Of a DNA stretch of 64,000 nucleotides, positions 51,855 to 62,750 are shown piece by piece (the stretch's first letter is position 1; each line of letters starts with the position of its first letter). Both the position numbers and the translations under genes were made by a program. The notes beneath the pieces were generated by a model. The model was not told where the DNA came from, did not search any database, and worked only from the letters and a program-made list of their open reading frames with translations. The stretch is taken from contig OX597820.1 of the NCBI GenBank assembly GCA_951406725.2, positions 66,898,001 through 66,962,000 of the forward strand, given 5' to 3'. Source of the stretch: Octopus vulgaris (Eukaryota).

Positions 51855-52956
51855 GTAAACATTACAATCACAGACATCAACGATAACGCCCCTAGATTCA
51901 TTGCTTCCAATTTAACAATATCTGTCCGTGAAGACAAATCTACAACACAACCATTTTATACAGTCCTCGCTCATGATCTTGACAGTGACCTGAATGGTCA
52001 AATTACGTACAGGCTATATAATGATATGAATGGCTTATTTTGGGTCGACTCCAAGCAGGGTCATTTGTGGATTCGCCGTGAACTAGATTACGAACGTAAA
52101 AAGAATTACACATTAGAAATCTCTGCAAGAGATCATGGGATTCCATCTCTTTATACAAATCTCAGTGTTTTTATTCAGGTTTTAGACATAAATGACAACA
52201 GACCTTATTTTGATAAAAAACTTTATGAGCGAAATGTTACAGAGACTACATTTGATGCAAAAGGGTTTGGAAGCGTGTTGGCATCAGACAAGGATTCCGG
52301 TGCCAATGGCCTAATAACGTACCATCTGAAGGAAACAGCTCAATCTAAGAAATTTGGTATTTACCCCAATGACAGTGTTTTGTATGTTCGCGAAGAACTT
52401 GACCGTGAACTGAAAGATGTCTACTTCCTAACTGTAATTGCAGTCGACAACGGAGCTCCATCACTGACCGCCAGTACAAATGTCAGGGTGACCGTCCTTG
52501 ATGCTAACGATAATAGCCCAGTATTTACAAGGGATGTATATAATTTTAATGTTGTCGAGAACAAAAGCATCAGAAGTTTAGTCGGAGTTGTCTCCGCCAC
52601 TGACCGAGACATCGGGCCAAATGCTCGTCTGAATTACTCAATTAGAGGTCACACATCAGAATTTGCAATCAACCCGTCTTCAGGTGAAATCTCCATCTGG
52701 CACACTCTTGACCATGAAACCAGAACGCATTACAATTTTACTGTTAGAGTTAACGATAAAGGAAAACCTTCACGCAGCAGCTCAGCCATAGTCAAGATTA
52801 ATGTATTAGATGTCAATGACAATGCACCACGGTTTCTCTCTAAAAGTAGCGTATCTGTAGCTGAGAACATGGCTAAAGGAACACCAGTATTACAAGTTTT
52901 GGCAACAGACCCAGATGCACGAGAAAATGGAATTATTTGCTATTATTTTGATTCAG
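51855..52956 (+). CDS. ds: Dachsous-like cadherin exon E (VNITITDINDN...YYFDS), 1102 nt, phase 0 to 1
   Basis: Acceptor tttctcacag|GTAAAC, donor TCAG|gtgagg. Four DxNDN motifs within ORF 51732-52979. Confidence 0.96.
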
Positions 52957-53991
52957 GTGAGGCTTTCTTTCTTTTTTAATTCTATATAATTTAACATTTT
53001 CTTTTGACATTTAATTTTTACGAGACTAACTTATCTGAGACCACTTTTGCTGTTTTAACATGAAAAGAAAACAAAAATGTTTTTTTCAAATGTTTGTATT
53101 TAAATTAAAACCATTCATCGAGGTTTTATGTCAAAATAAAAAAACAAAAAAGCAAAAGTTATGTACCAAAAAATCAGCACAATAAGGTTAGGTTAAAGTT
53201 ATTTATATTTGGTACTTGGTACTACTCCTGTTAACTTACCTGGTCCTCTGCTTCAAACTCCTTCATCTGTTCTTCTGTCCCCATCGCATTCATCTGCCTT
53301 CACCTTGAGGATACATCCTGGTACCTCATCACCACCATCCTCTCCTTTTCCAGTTGGAGTAGCCAAGCTGCTGTAGCAAGACACCTGTTTCCATCCCTCT
53401 ATTATACTCTTGCCTCTCAACACCTGGCAAAAGCCACTACCCTCAATGCTACAACATCAATCAAAGAGTCTTGTCTGGCAAGCTGCTTGGCAACCTCACT
53501 AGTGCTGGTGCTACATAAAAAGTACCCAGTATACTCTGTAAAGTGGTTGGCATTAGGAAGGACATCCAGCAGTAGAAACCTTACCAAAACAGTCAATAGA
53601 GTTCGACACAGTCTTCTAACCCTTTGAATTTTTTATCAACCCATCCAACCCATGGTGTAGATGTAATTGACTCATCCCTGCCCCCAAAATTGCTGCCCTT
53701 GTGGCAAAATTTGAAACCATTATTAATAACAGTAAGGCAGCGAACTGGCAGAACTGTTAGCACACCGGGCAGAATACTTAGCAGCATTTTGTCTGAGTTC
53801 AAATTCCATCAGGATCAGCTTTGCATTTCATCCTTTTGAGTTCAGTAAAATAAGTACTGGTAGAGCTCAGGGTCCAATGTAATCTACTTTGCCCCCACCC
53901 CCAAATTTCAGGTTTTGTGCCTGTAGTAGGAAGGACTATTAATAACACTGTTAACTTTTATTATATTTCTTTTTTTTTTTCTGTTTTTCAG

Positions 53992-54999
53992 GGCAAGACG
54001 CAGGTACTCTTGCTAAATTTGCCATCCACCCCAAAAATGGTCAGATCACCACACGTGAAGTGTTAGATTATGAAAGCCATCAGGAGTATGTTTTATCTGT
54101 TGTGGCACGAGACAATGGTAACCCACCCAAAGAGAATTATCAAGAAATTACTGTGTCCGTGATTGATGACACGGAAGAAAAACCCCTTTTCCCTGCCAAG
54201 AATATTTCATTCAGTATCCCAGAGAATGTCCCTATCCGCACTTTGGTTGGCGTCATTGACAAACAGAATGGAAACGATGGTGTTCCTGAATTTTACTTGA
54301 CTGGAGGCAATATCTTCAGTGCTTTTACTGTCAGTGTTGATAGTGGTGCAATTTATACAATTCGAGAGATTGACTATGAAGAATCATCAACCCATATTCT
54401 TGGTATTAAAGTGGTTTATAATGGTCGCTACAGTGTCCAGAGCACCAACCTTACCATCATAATCCATGTGGTTGACATCAATGATAATGCCCCAAAATTT
54501 AACAGTGACCCAGTAAAACTATCTGTTCCAGAAAACACCCCCATTGGAACGTCCCTTTATACATTCGTCGCCACAGATTTGGACTCTGAATCCAACGGAA
54601 GTATTGTTTATCGCATTGAACAGCTTAATGAGGATCTGGATCGGCAGATGTTCAGCATCGACTCCAGATCTGGTGAGCTGACAGTCAATGAAATGATAGA
54701 CTATGAGAAGATTCACTCAGTATCCCTGGTACTAATAGCTCAGGATTTATCTCCCGATGTCCGCTCTCGGCTTTCCTCCAGTATTACCGTGCTCATTTCA
54801 GTCCTCGACGAGAATGACAACGTACCTCAGATTGCAAGTGCAATGCGGATCACTGTGAGTGAAGAAGAAACTGTTGGGTTTCCTCTCACTCAGCTGATTG
54901 CTGTTGATGCTGATTCAATGCACACAGGCAACGGTATTGTTACTTACAATATTATCGCAGGTAACACAAATGAAGTCTTCCGGCTAAATGCAAACAATG
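53992..54999 (+). CDS. ds: Dachsous-like cadherin exon F (GQDAGTLAKF...RLNANN), 1008 nt, phase 1 to 1
   Basis: Acceptor gtttttcag|GGCAA, donor AATG|gtaagt. LDYE, IDYE, DINDN and DENDN motifs. Confidence 0.96.
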
Positions 55000-55128
55000 G
55001 TAAGTACATTTTCTTTCCTGGATTTGTAATAATAATTACTAATAATAATAATGATAATAATAATAATGATAATAATAATAATGATGATAATAATAATAAT
55101 AATGATAATAATAATAATGATGATAATT

Positions 55129-55175
<47 letters not shown>

Positions 55176-55259
55176 CACTGTACGGAAGACACTCGGCAAG
55201 AAACAGAAGAAAATTTGAAGAAAGAAGGAAAAATAATAATAATAATAATAATAATGATA

Positions 55260-55816
55260 AATGCCCTGATGCAGTGCCAGGCAATGGCTTTCATGGCTCT
55301 TGATCTTAACTGATTGGAAGTGTTATCACGTACATTGTTTTGTCTTGGTATAAAAGATGGGCTACAGCAAATATTATGCTCAATGCCTCAGATTTGCTTG
55401 TCATTTGTTTGACCATAACGAGTTGAGCATGTTCCTTAGTAGCTGATGATATATGCATCTCTGATCACGAACAGAAGTAGTGGGGGAGCATCATGCCCAT
55501 GTGCTGAGAGGAATTCTTTGGGATTTGGATAATTCACCTTTGGAAACCTGGTGTGTTGTTCAACATCCTTAAACAACCCTTATTCAGGGACCTTTTGAGC
55601 GGGATGGGCTAATCGACCTGAAGTAAATTCTAACTGGCCCACACCTGCAAGGTCATGCATTGTTTATCTTGACATGAGATCCCCATGTCACGCACATATG
55701 GTTGTGATACATGTGCCTGGTGTACCCTTATAAGATGGGTAGTCATGATGGGTATACTGGGCTTCGTATATTTTACCCCAGTGTTACTTTGATGGCATGC
55801 TCTGCTCTCTCACTCA
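55260..55816 (+). mobile_element. ~560-bp interspersed element embedded in (AAT)n
   Basis: Collinear with the reverse complement of 44043-44603 and with the partial copy at ~40590-40882. AAT repeats at the ends. Confidence 0.82.
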
Positions 55817-56345
55817 ATAATAATTATTATTATAATGGTGTGGCCAGTAGAATTGTTATAAAATATTTGCTTCCTTGGCATGGCCAGAATAATCAGGAAA
55901 ATATTAGATAGCTGAAAAGAACGGATAGCATGGTACCATAGGCTGCAGGTAGCAAGCCTGCTGCATATGCAAGACTCCGGGGGTTCCAACAAAACCTGAA
56001 GTAAAAAGAAATATTAATAATAATAATAATAATAAGTTTACTGGTAGTGAAAAGCTGACATCTCTAGCATTAGAAGCTATGCAAAGCAATAATAAAAATA
56101 ATAATTATTAAGAGATTTATATGGTTGTCATTGTCACCAATATGATGTTGCAAAATAAATTATTCCAGTGCTATAAAGGAACGAAGTGTGAAACATGTAT
56201 GTTCACATCTGTGTATATGCTTGTATGTGTGTGTGTCTGTGTGCACATGTAGCCTTTGAGACCAGAGATCCATTTTAAAAAACAAAAAGAAAACCCTCCC
56301 TTAACATTTGTGTAATGTCGTATCATCTTTTCTCTTTCTACTTAG

Positions 56346-56585
56346 GTTTGCTGACTTTAGCAAAGAAACTCGACAGAGAGAATGAGGAACGATACGAGCT
56401 GAACATTACAGCGCAGGACCAAGGTATTCCTCAGCAGATGTCTTACACTCTGTTAACTATTGAAGTTGAGGACTCTAATGACAACACACCAAAGTTTAAA
56501 CATTCGATTTATTACACCGAGGTTTTGGAAAATGCCAGAATTAACACCACAGTTGTTCAGATTGAAGCTTATGACCTGGATGCTG
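56346..56585 (+). CDS. ds: Dachsous-like cadherin exon G (GLLTLAKKLDRE...YDLDA), phase 1 to 1
   Basis: Acceptor tttctacttag|GTTTG, donor GCTG|gtaggt. LDRE and DSNDN motifs. Confidence 0.94.
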
Positions 56586-56895
56586 GTAGGTTGGCTTCCT
56601 TGTTGCCTCTTTCTTTCAATTCTTTCTTCATCTTCATTCCATTCTGATCTTCCATCATTTTTCTTTCCTCTCTTTCCTTTGTGGGTTCTCTCTTTTTGCT
56701 TTGCTTTGGTCGGCCCAACATATATAATATGGAAGACTTATAAATCCATAAATTCAGAAGGTATGAGAGGTTAATATATTTAACTACATCACTTCGATAA
56801 GATTATGGCACTTGCATAGGATTACAGCCGTTTCACAACCTTCTTGAAATTTTAATTTCACTATGGCAGAAATTATTCATATGTATTTACCTTAA

Positions 56896-57118
56896 CCCTT
56901 TAGCACTTAAACTGGCCATATCAGGCCCAAATATTCTATTTCTTTTATGTTAAAACAGGCCTTTCATACCTAACTGGCCTTTTATACCTACCCTGCAATG
57001 TTATTCTAAAAATAAACAATCACATCATCAAAATCTCAAAGCCTCAAGATAATGCACGATTAATTCAAAGCAATTTGAATAAATAAAGGATTACAGATGT
57101 AATCTGAATGTTAAAGGG
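56896..57118. mobile_element. piggyBac-like MITE (TTAA TSD)
   Basis: TTAA|CCCTTTAGCA ... TGTTAAAGGG|TTAA. A second copy lies at 58721-58933. Confidence 0.8.
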
Positions 57119-57230
57119 TTAATATAGATTTTCTAGATTAATCACTAAAACTTTTTTGCTAATTTTTTTTTTTTTGCTTTTATTTTTGATAAATACAAAT
57201 ACATGATTCCTTCTTTCCTTTTTCTTTCAG

Positions 57231-57365
57231 GTGCTAATGGCCAAATTAAATACTTAATCCCTGAAGGAACTGCGAACAATATGTTTAGTATCAACCCACT
57301 TTCTGGAATAATCCAAACAAGAGCGACCCTTGACAGAGAACAGAAAATGTCTTACTTAATTATTG
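57231..57365 (+). CDS. ds: Dachsous-like cadherin exon H (GANGQIKY...SYLII), phase 1 to 1
   Basis: Acceptor tttctttcag|GTGCT, donor ATTG|gtaaga. LDRE motif. Confidence 0.93.
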
Positions 57366-57989
57366 GTAAGATCCTGTACCCCTCTTCTTTTTATATTCAC
57401 TCAAATTCAATGGAACTTAAACTAATTAGATTTTCTCAGAAACCCCTCATTCTAACAAAAGTTACTTCGTTAGGGAACCACTAAGTTATGTATTGGTTGG
57501 AGTGCTGTTCTCATCTTGGTTGTTGCTTTCACAACATTGAAGAAAGGCATCCAGCTGCAGAAACCATACCAAATCAGACTGGAACTAGGTGTAGTTCTCC
57601 AGCTTACCAGTTCCAATCAAACCATCTGACCCATGCCAGCATGGAAAGCAGATGTTAAATGGTGATGAAGAGTGTTGACCCTTTGTAAGCCAGTTTTTAC
57701 CTTTGGGAAGAGGTAGCCTGTATTAGTTTATTCTCCATTCCTTGACCTAATCAGTAGGGGAGGCCATACAAGGAGCTTGCTTTCTGCTGGCATGGTTTCC
57801 AAGGCCATTGAAACACTCAAGCAACCACACTGCAACAAGGACAGGGCCTTCTGGTGCTCACCACCCTTGCATTCTTAATATAATCATTAGGCAAAATTGG
57901 CATGACCGAAAGCCAGACCTTTAAAATTACACAATGAGCTTCCACATAGTCCCTGTCCAACCAATTGTACTCATAAAAGCTTGGGTTAA

Positions 57990-58199
57990 CCCTTTTGTTA
58001 CTGAATTTATTTTGAGATACTCTGAGTTTCTTTCAATCACTTTAAATATGACAAAGAAATTAGTAAAATAACTTGGTTATCATTAAGCTAGTGTTAGGAA
58101 CATAAATTGTGGTGGAAGATTTTAATTCAAAACTTATGAAAACAAGACATTTGTACTACAGAGCCAGAGCCGGTTTCAGCCGGGTTGGTAATGAAAGAG
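57990..58199. mobile_element. piggyBac-like MITE, different family
   Basis: TTAA|CCCTTTTGTTAC ... GTAATGAAAGAG|TTAA. A related copy ends aaagggttaa at ~15480-15698. Confidence 0.68.
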
Positions 58200-58338
58200 T
58201 TAATCTCAGTTTATGGTAAAAGGCAATTTATTGCTCAAGATGTCAGTTCTTATTCAATAGTACATGCTATAAACTACTAGAGCTACCACTGTCATTAACC
58301 CATTTAACACACCAATGTCCTCTGCGTGCACTTTACAG

Positions 58339-58548
58339 CTTATGCGGTAGATGATGGTTACCCAATGCGCTATGACACCGCAACCGTGATGATAACTGTC
58401 ACAGATGTCAATGACCACAACCCAATGTTCAAGTTGCCCTCCTATCATATTGTCCTGTCCGAGAACCAGAGATACGATGTCATCCGCACCTTCGTTGCCT
58501 ATGACTCTGACCAAGACATGAATGGAAAAGTCACTTACAGAATAGCAA
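58339..58548 (+). CDS. ds: Dachsous-like cadherin exon I (AYAVDDGYP...TYRIA), phase 1 to 1
   Basis: Acceptor cactttacag|CTTAT, donor GCAA|gtaagt. DVNDH motif. Confidence 0.93.
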
Positions 58549-58720
58549 GTAAGTATGCCTTTTGGTTCTTTGGCCATATATGCATGCTAATGTACATACA
58601 CACACACACACACACACAATTGATGTATTCTCTCCTTCTCAGCACAAATACTTATGCACCCAATTATATTGACCCTTGAACATAGGGGATCAATGTAATC
58701 AACCTGATACCTTTACTAAA

Positions 58721-58933
58721 CCCATTAGCATTTAAACCAGCCATATCTGGCCAAAATATTCCACCTGTTCAAACTGGCCAGATTTGGCCTCTCACACCTA
58801 CCCTACAATGTCATTCTAAAAATATACAATCGCATCATCAAAATCTCACAGCTACAAGATATTGTATGATTAATTAAAAACGATATGAATAAACAAGCAT
58901 TACATTTGACAAAATAATCTGAATGCTAAATGG
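58721..58933. mobile_element. piggyBac-like MITE, second copy
   Basis: Collinear with 56896-57118; ends decayed. Confidence 0.72.
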
Positions 58934-59006
58934 CTAAAATTGCTGGCTTTGTGCCAAAATATGAAACCATGAAAAGACTAACTTTGACTCAAAATACATA
59001 TTTCAG

Positions 59007-59376
59007 ATGGCAACGTGGACAATATTTTCTCTGTTGACTCTGACACAGGAGCTCTGTCCTGTCGCCCCTTAGACCGTGAGATGGTCTCTTTCTACAATCT
59101 CACACTGGTAGCTGAAGACGGTGGTAGTCCATCCCGTACTGGTCGCACCCACATCCTCGTCACCGTGAAGGACATGAACGACAACGTGCCGATATTCCGG
59201 TGGTCAGAGTACAGCCGCATGCTGCCTGAGGACATCGGTATGGGCACCTACGTGATGCAAGTGAACGCTACAGATGCTGATGAAGGACCAAACCAGAACA
59301 TCACCTACGCCCTTGCGAACGACACATCAGGTCTGTTCTCCTTGAACAGCACTACCGGCATTATTCACACAATAGG
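59007..59376 (+). CDS. ds: Dachsous-like cadherin exon J (NGNVDNIF...IHTIG), phase 1 to 2
   Basis: Acceptor catatttcag|ATGGC, donor ATAGG|gtaagt. LDRE, DMNDN and DAD motifs. Confidence 0.94.
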
Positions 59377-60349
59377 GTAAGTCATCATCATCATCATTTA
59401 ATACCTATTTTCTATGCTAGTATGAGTTGGACGGTTTCACAGTTCCTGGCAAGCCAGAAGACTGCACCAAACTTCGCTGTCCGTTTTGGCATGGTTTCTA
59501 CAGCTGGATGCCCTTCCTCATGCCAATCACCTTACAAAATGGACAGAGTGCCCTTTTGTGGAACTAGCACCAATGAGGTCTATTTTGGCATGGTTTTTAT
59601 GGCTGGATGCCCTTCCTAATGCCAACCATTTTCCAGTGTGTTCAGTTAACCTAGAAGCAGCCCTATGTCAAACCATTTTCTATAACATTCAACCAACTTC
59701 CAAAATCCATTTTGCAATATTGCAGTTTCGATTCCCAGACCGGGGCATTATTTTGTGTCCTTGAGCAGAAAACTTAATTTCACATTGCTCCAAACTACTC
59801 ACCTGTAAGCAGGTAATCTTAAAGTGGACTGCTGTTCTGTTCAAGGGCAATGTTAGCCTACCTGCCTAGCCAGCTACAACAATGTGAGGAAGTGCATTGT
59901 GACCGGCTGTGTATAACAACATCCAATAGTCTAGTCAATATTCTGATTTATATATGTATATATATATATGTGTGTGTGTCACAGTTTGCAAACAAAAGTA
60001 GAAGATAGTACTCAATACATGATGCAGAGTGCATTTATGTATTTATATGAACAGAGTGTTGGTCACTACTCAAGTTTCACTCTCTAATTTGTCATGTGAC
60101 TTTTTATTGTATTATTTTATCTTATTAAGGTTAGCACACCTTTATGTTCTGAATTAAAATTCCACCAAGGTCAGCTTTGCCTTTTGTCCTTTTGGGGGTC
60201 AGTAAAATAAGACCCAATTGAGAAATGGGGTCAATGTAATTGATTAGCCCCTTCCTCCAAAAGTTCAGGCCTTGTGCCCATAGTAGAAAGAATTCTTTGT
60301 TTTATCTTATTTTATTTTATTTGACCTTTTACTTTCCTTTTATTTGCAG

Positions 60350-60762
60350 ATACTTTGATCGTGAAAAAAGAAGCGTCTACAATTTTGTGGTTGTTGCTAC
60401 TGATGGCAGCCTTTATGAGAGTCCCCACACTGCCAGAGTACCTGTTGAAGTACTAATAGATGACGTGAATGACAACAGACCGGCTTTCCCGACAGAACCA
60501 TTCCGCAAAACGGTATCGGACAATGTCGGGGCTGACCAGTCTATTTTCAGCGTCGAAGCTACAGACAACGACATAGGTCGCAACCAAGTGATAAGTTACA
60601 CGTTTGGTCCAATGTCAGATCCATCTAGCCAGGACCTCTTTCGGATTAGCTCCAACTCTGGAGTTATTCGCACAAAGCGACGTCTTAGCAAGAAGGATAC
60701 CAATCGTTACTTTTTACAAGTTATTGCCACAGATAATGGAGGTCCCCGTCTTAGTTCTGCCG
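60350..60762 (+). CDS. ds: Dachsous-like cadherin exon K (YFDREKRS...RLSSA), phase 2 to 1
   Basis: Acceptor ttatttgcag|ATACT, donor GCCG|gtaagt. FDRE and DVNDN motifs; the phase-2 junction matches exon J. Confidence 0.94.
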
Positions 60763-60880
60763 GTAAGTAAACAAGCAATTTATGTTCAACTGGCAAAGCA
60801 AGCCTATGAAGGAAGTTTTACGTAGTCACACAACCTGCTAAAAATAGCAGTTGAATCTCCTTAAAAGTCACAGCCTTACT

Positions 60881-61205
60881 ATCATCATCATCATCATCGT
60901 CGTTTAACATCCATTTTCCATGCTGGCATGGGTTGGACGGTTCAACTGGGGTCTGGGAAGCCAGAAGGCTGCGCCAGGCCCAGTCTGATCTGGCAGTGTT
61001 TCTACAGCTGGATACCCTTCCTAACATCAACCACTCCGTGAGTGTAGTGGGTGCTTTTTACGTGCCATCTGCACAGGTGCCAGACGAGGCTGGCAACGGC
61101 CACAATCGGATGGTGCTTTTTACGTGCCACCGGCACGGAGGCCAGTCGGGGTGGCACTGGCAACAGCCACATTCGAATGGTTCTCTTACATGCAACCGGC
61201 ACTGG
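60881..61205 (-). mobile_element. Retroelement 3' end with (GAT)n tail (RTE-like LINE or SINE)
   Basis: (cat)n-cgtttaacatccattttccatgctggcatgggttggacgg... recurs at ~3853-4080, 12007-12165, 35604-35925, 47612-47770 and 59382-59640, and in the opposite orientation at ~16355, 29180, 53540 and 57545. Confidence 0.7.
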
Positions 61206-61707
61206 TATCACAGCTACTTAGAAACAAACAGCTTAAAAGCTGCACTCCATGTGGATTTTTAAGTTTGTTCCTGTGGATGGCTAACTGGGCCTGCTGCTCC
61301 AAACTAAAGTGATCTAAATAGCATAACTATAATAAATACATCGATAATGACTGTATGCCCTGGTGGTGGTTGATCAGACATTAAGGACAGATGAGAATTA
61401 ACTCTGTAATGCAATCATTCTATTGTTCCAGTCCCAATTTGAATTTCAACTGTTGGCCAATCTGTCTCAAAGTTCCTATCACTATGTAAAATTAACAAAG
61501 CAAATGTCATTCATCTCCCACTTGATCTCTGTCATCATCTGACAAACGCCACGAAGACGGCATGAATTGAATCAGCCAAGCTTTACCTGCTAGAAATAGC
61601 TACCTAAATACTTTAAAATCACATTCCAATGCTGGTTGTTCAATACAAACCGAAATACAACAATTTAATTATTTATTTATTAATGAATGTACTTTTCCGT
61701 TTTTCAG

Positions 61708-61920
61708 CGGTGTTGGAGATCACCGTCGGCCTTCCAGGACTAGATAACAATTTACACTTTGTGAAAAAGACGTATTACACACCAGTAGAAGAAAACAGCA
61801 GAAAAGGCCTTTCAATCCAGAATATTACTGCCACTTACAAGAAACAAATTGACTCTTCTGTTAATTACTACTTCATTAGTGGTAACGAGGATGCGGTATT
61901 TCATTTGAACAATAGAAGTG
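61708..61920 (+). CDS. ds: Dachsous-like cadherin exon L (AVLEITVGLPG...LNNRS), phase 1 to 1
   Basis: Acceptor cgtttttcag|CGGTG, donor AGTG|gtcagt. YFISGNEDAVFHLN motif. Confidence 0.9.
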
Positions 61921-61964
61921 GTCAGTATACATATATGTTATCAATCTTCCTTTTAATTGTTCTA

Positions 61965-62405
61965 GTTGTTGGACTGCGACCATGCTGGGGTACCACCTTG
62001 AAGGGTCCAGACAAACAAATTGACCTTAGTGCTTATTCTTTGTAAGCCTAATACTTATTCTATTGGTCTCTTTTGCCAAACCACTAAGTTACAGGACATA
62101 AACACACCAACATTGGTTGTCAAGCAACGGTGGGGAAACAAACACAGACACACAAACATATACATACATGCACATACATACATACGTACACACAGACAGA
62201 CATACATACACACAGACAGACAGACAGACATATATATATATGACAGGCTTCTTTCAGTTTCTGTCTACCAAATCCACTCTCAAGGCTTTGGTTGGCCCAA
62301 GGCTATAGAAGAAGACACTTGCCCTAGCTACCACACAGTGAGACTGAACCTAAAACCATATAGTTGGGAAGCAAGCTTTTCACCACACAGCCACACATGC
62401 ACCTA
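61965..62405 (-). mobile_element. SINE family 1 copy in intron L-M
   Basis: Reverse-complement similarity to family 1. Confidence 0.72.
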
Positions 62406-62538
62406 TATATATTTATACACACACACACACACACATACTCTAAAGCATTACTAACAATAATAATGATGTTGTTTATTATATTATATATATATCTATTATT
62501 TATATAGTTATTCAATTTTCTATGTTTTGTCATTTCAG

Positions 62539-62750
62539 GTGAGATAAGTGTGCAGGACCCTGATAAACTAGACTACGAGACTGTGTCCAAAATACGCCTG
62601 ATTGTGATGGCCAAGAAGGGCAGTGAACGAGCTTATGCCTCAGTGAACATAGCGGTCATTGATAAAAATGACCATCCACCTGTATTCACGCAACAACACT
62701 ATGTCTCGTACGTCTGGGAGAATGATAAGCGGAATACTCTCATTACAAAG
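62539..62750 (+). CDS. ds: Dachsous-like cadherin exon M (GEISVQDPDKLDYE...LITK), phase 1 to 0
   Basis: Acceptor catttcag|GTGAG, donor AAG|gttggt. LDYE and DKNDH motifs. Confidence 0.92.

Larger units (their letters stand above)
36383..62750 (+). other. ds: Dachsous-type atypical giant cadherin gene, partial (13 internal coding exons; both ends outside the window)
   Basis: The 13 exons have canonical AG/GT boundaries and compatible phases, totalling 4734 nt (1578 codons) with repeated LDRE/LDYE, DxD and DxNDNxPxF cadherin motifs. VSASDPDCG...GRICIAKSLDYEKKSVYEFPIKAIDG...EFYP and LDH...VLLNIQAASGNPAVFGTTQVNITITDINDNAPRF match my recollection of Drosophila Dachsous/DCHS1 EC6-EC8 (not database-verified). 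Confidence 0.88.

Noticed and set aside
55000-55313. Poly-Asn C-terminal extension of ORF 54060-55313 (and the His-rich tail of ORF 41001-41462)
   Set aside because: Intronic read-through past strong donors at 54999 and 41214 into trinucleotide repeats.
58254-58577. Antisense ORFs over exons (also 52421-52612, 54519-54716, 39752-40054)
   Set aside because: Shadow frames of coding sequence with no independent support.
36383-62750. Clustered protocadherin array (known to be expanded in coleoids)
   Set aside because: The exons splice into one chain of about 16 EC repeats with Dachsous-type motifs and no signal peptide or TM segment. Protocadherins have 6-7 EC repeats.
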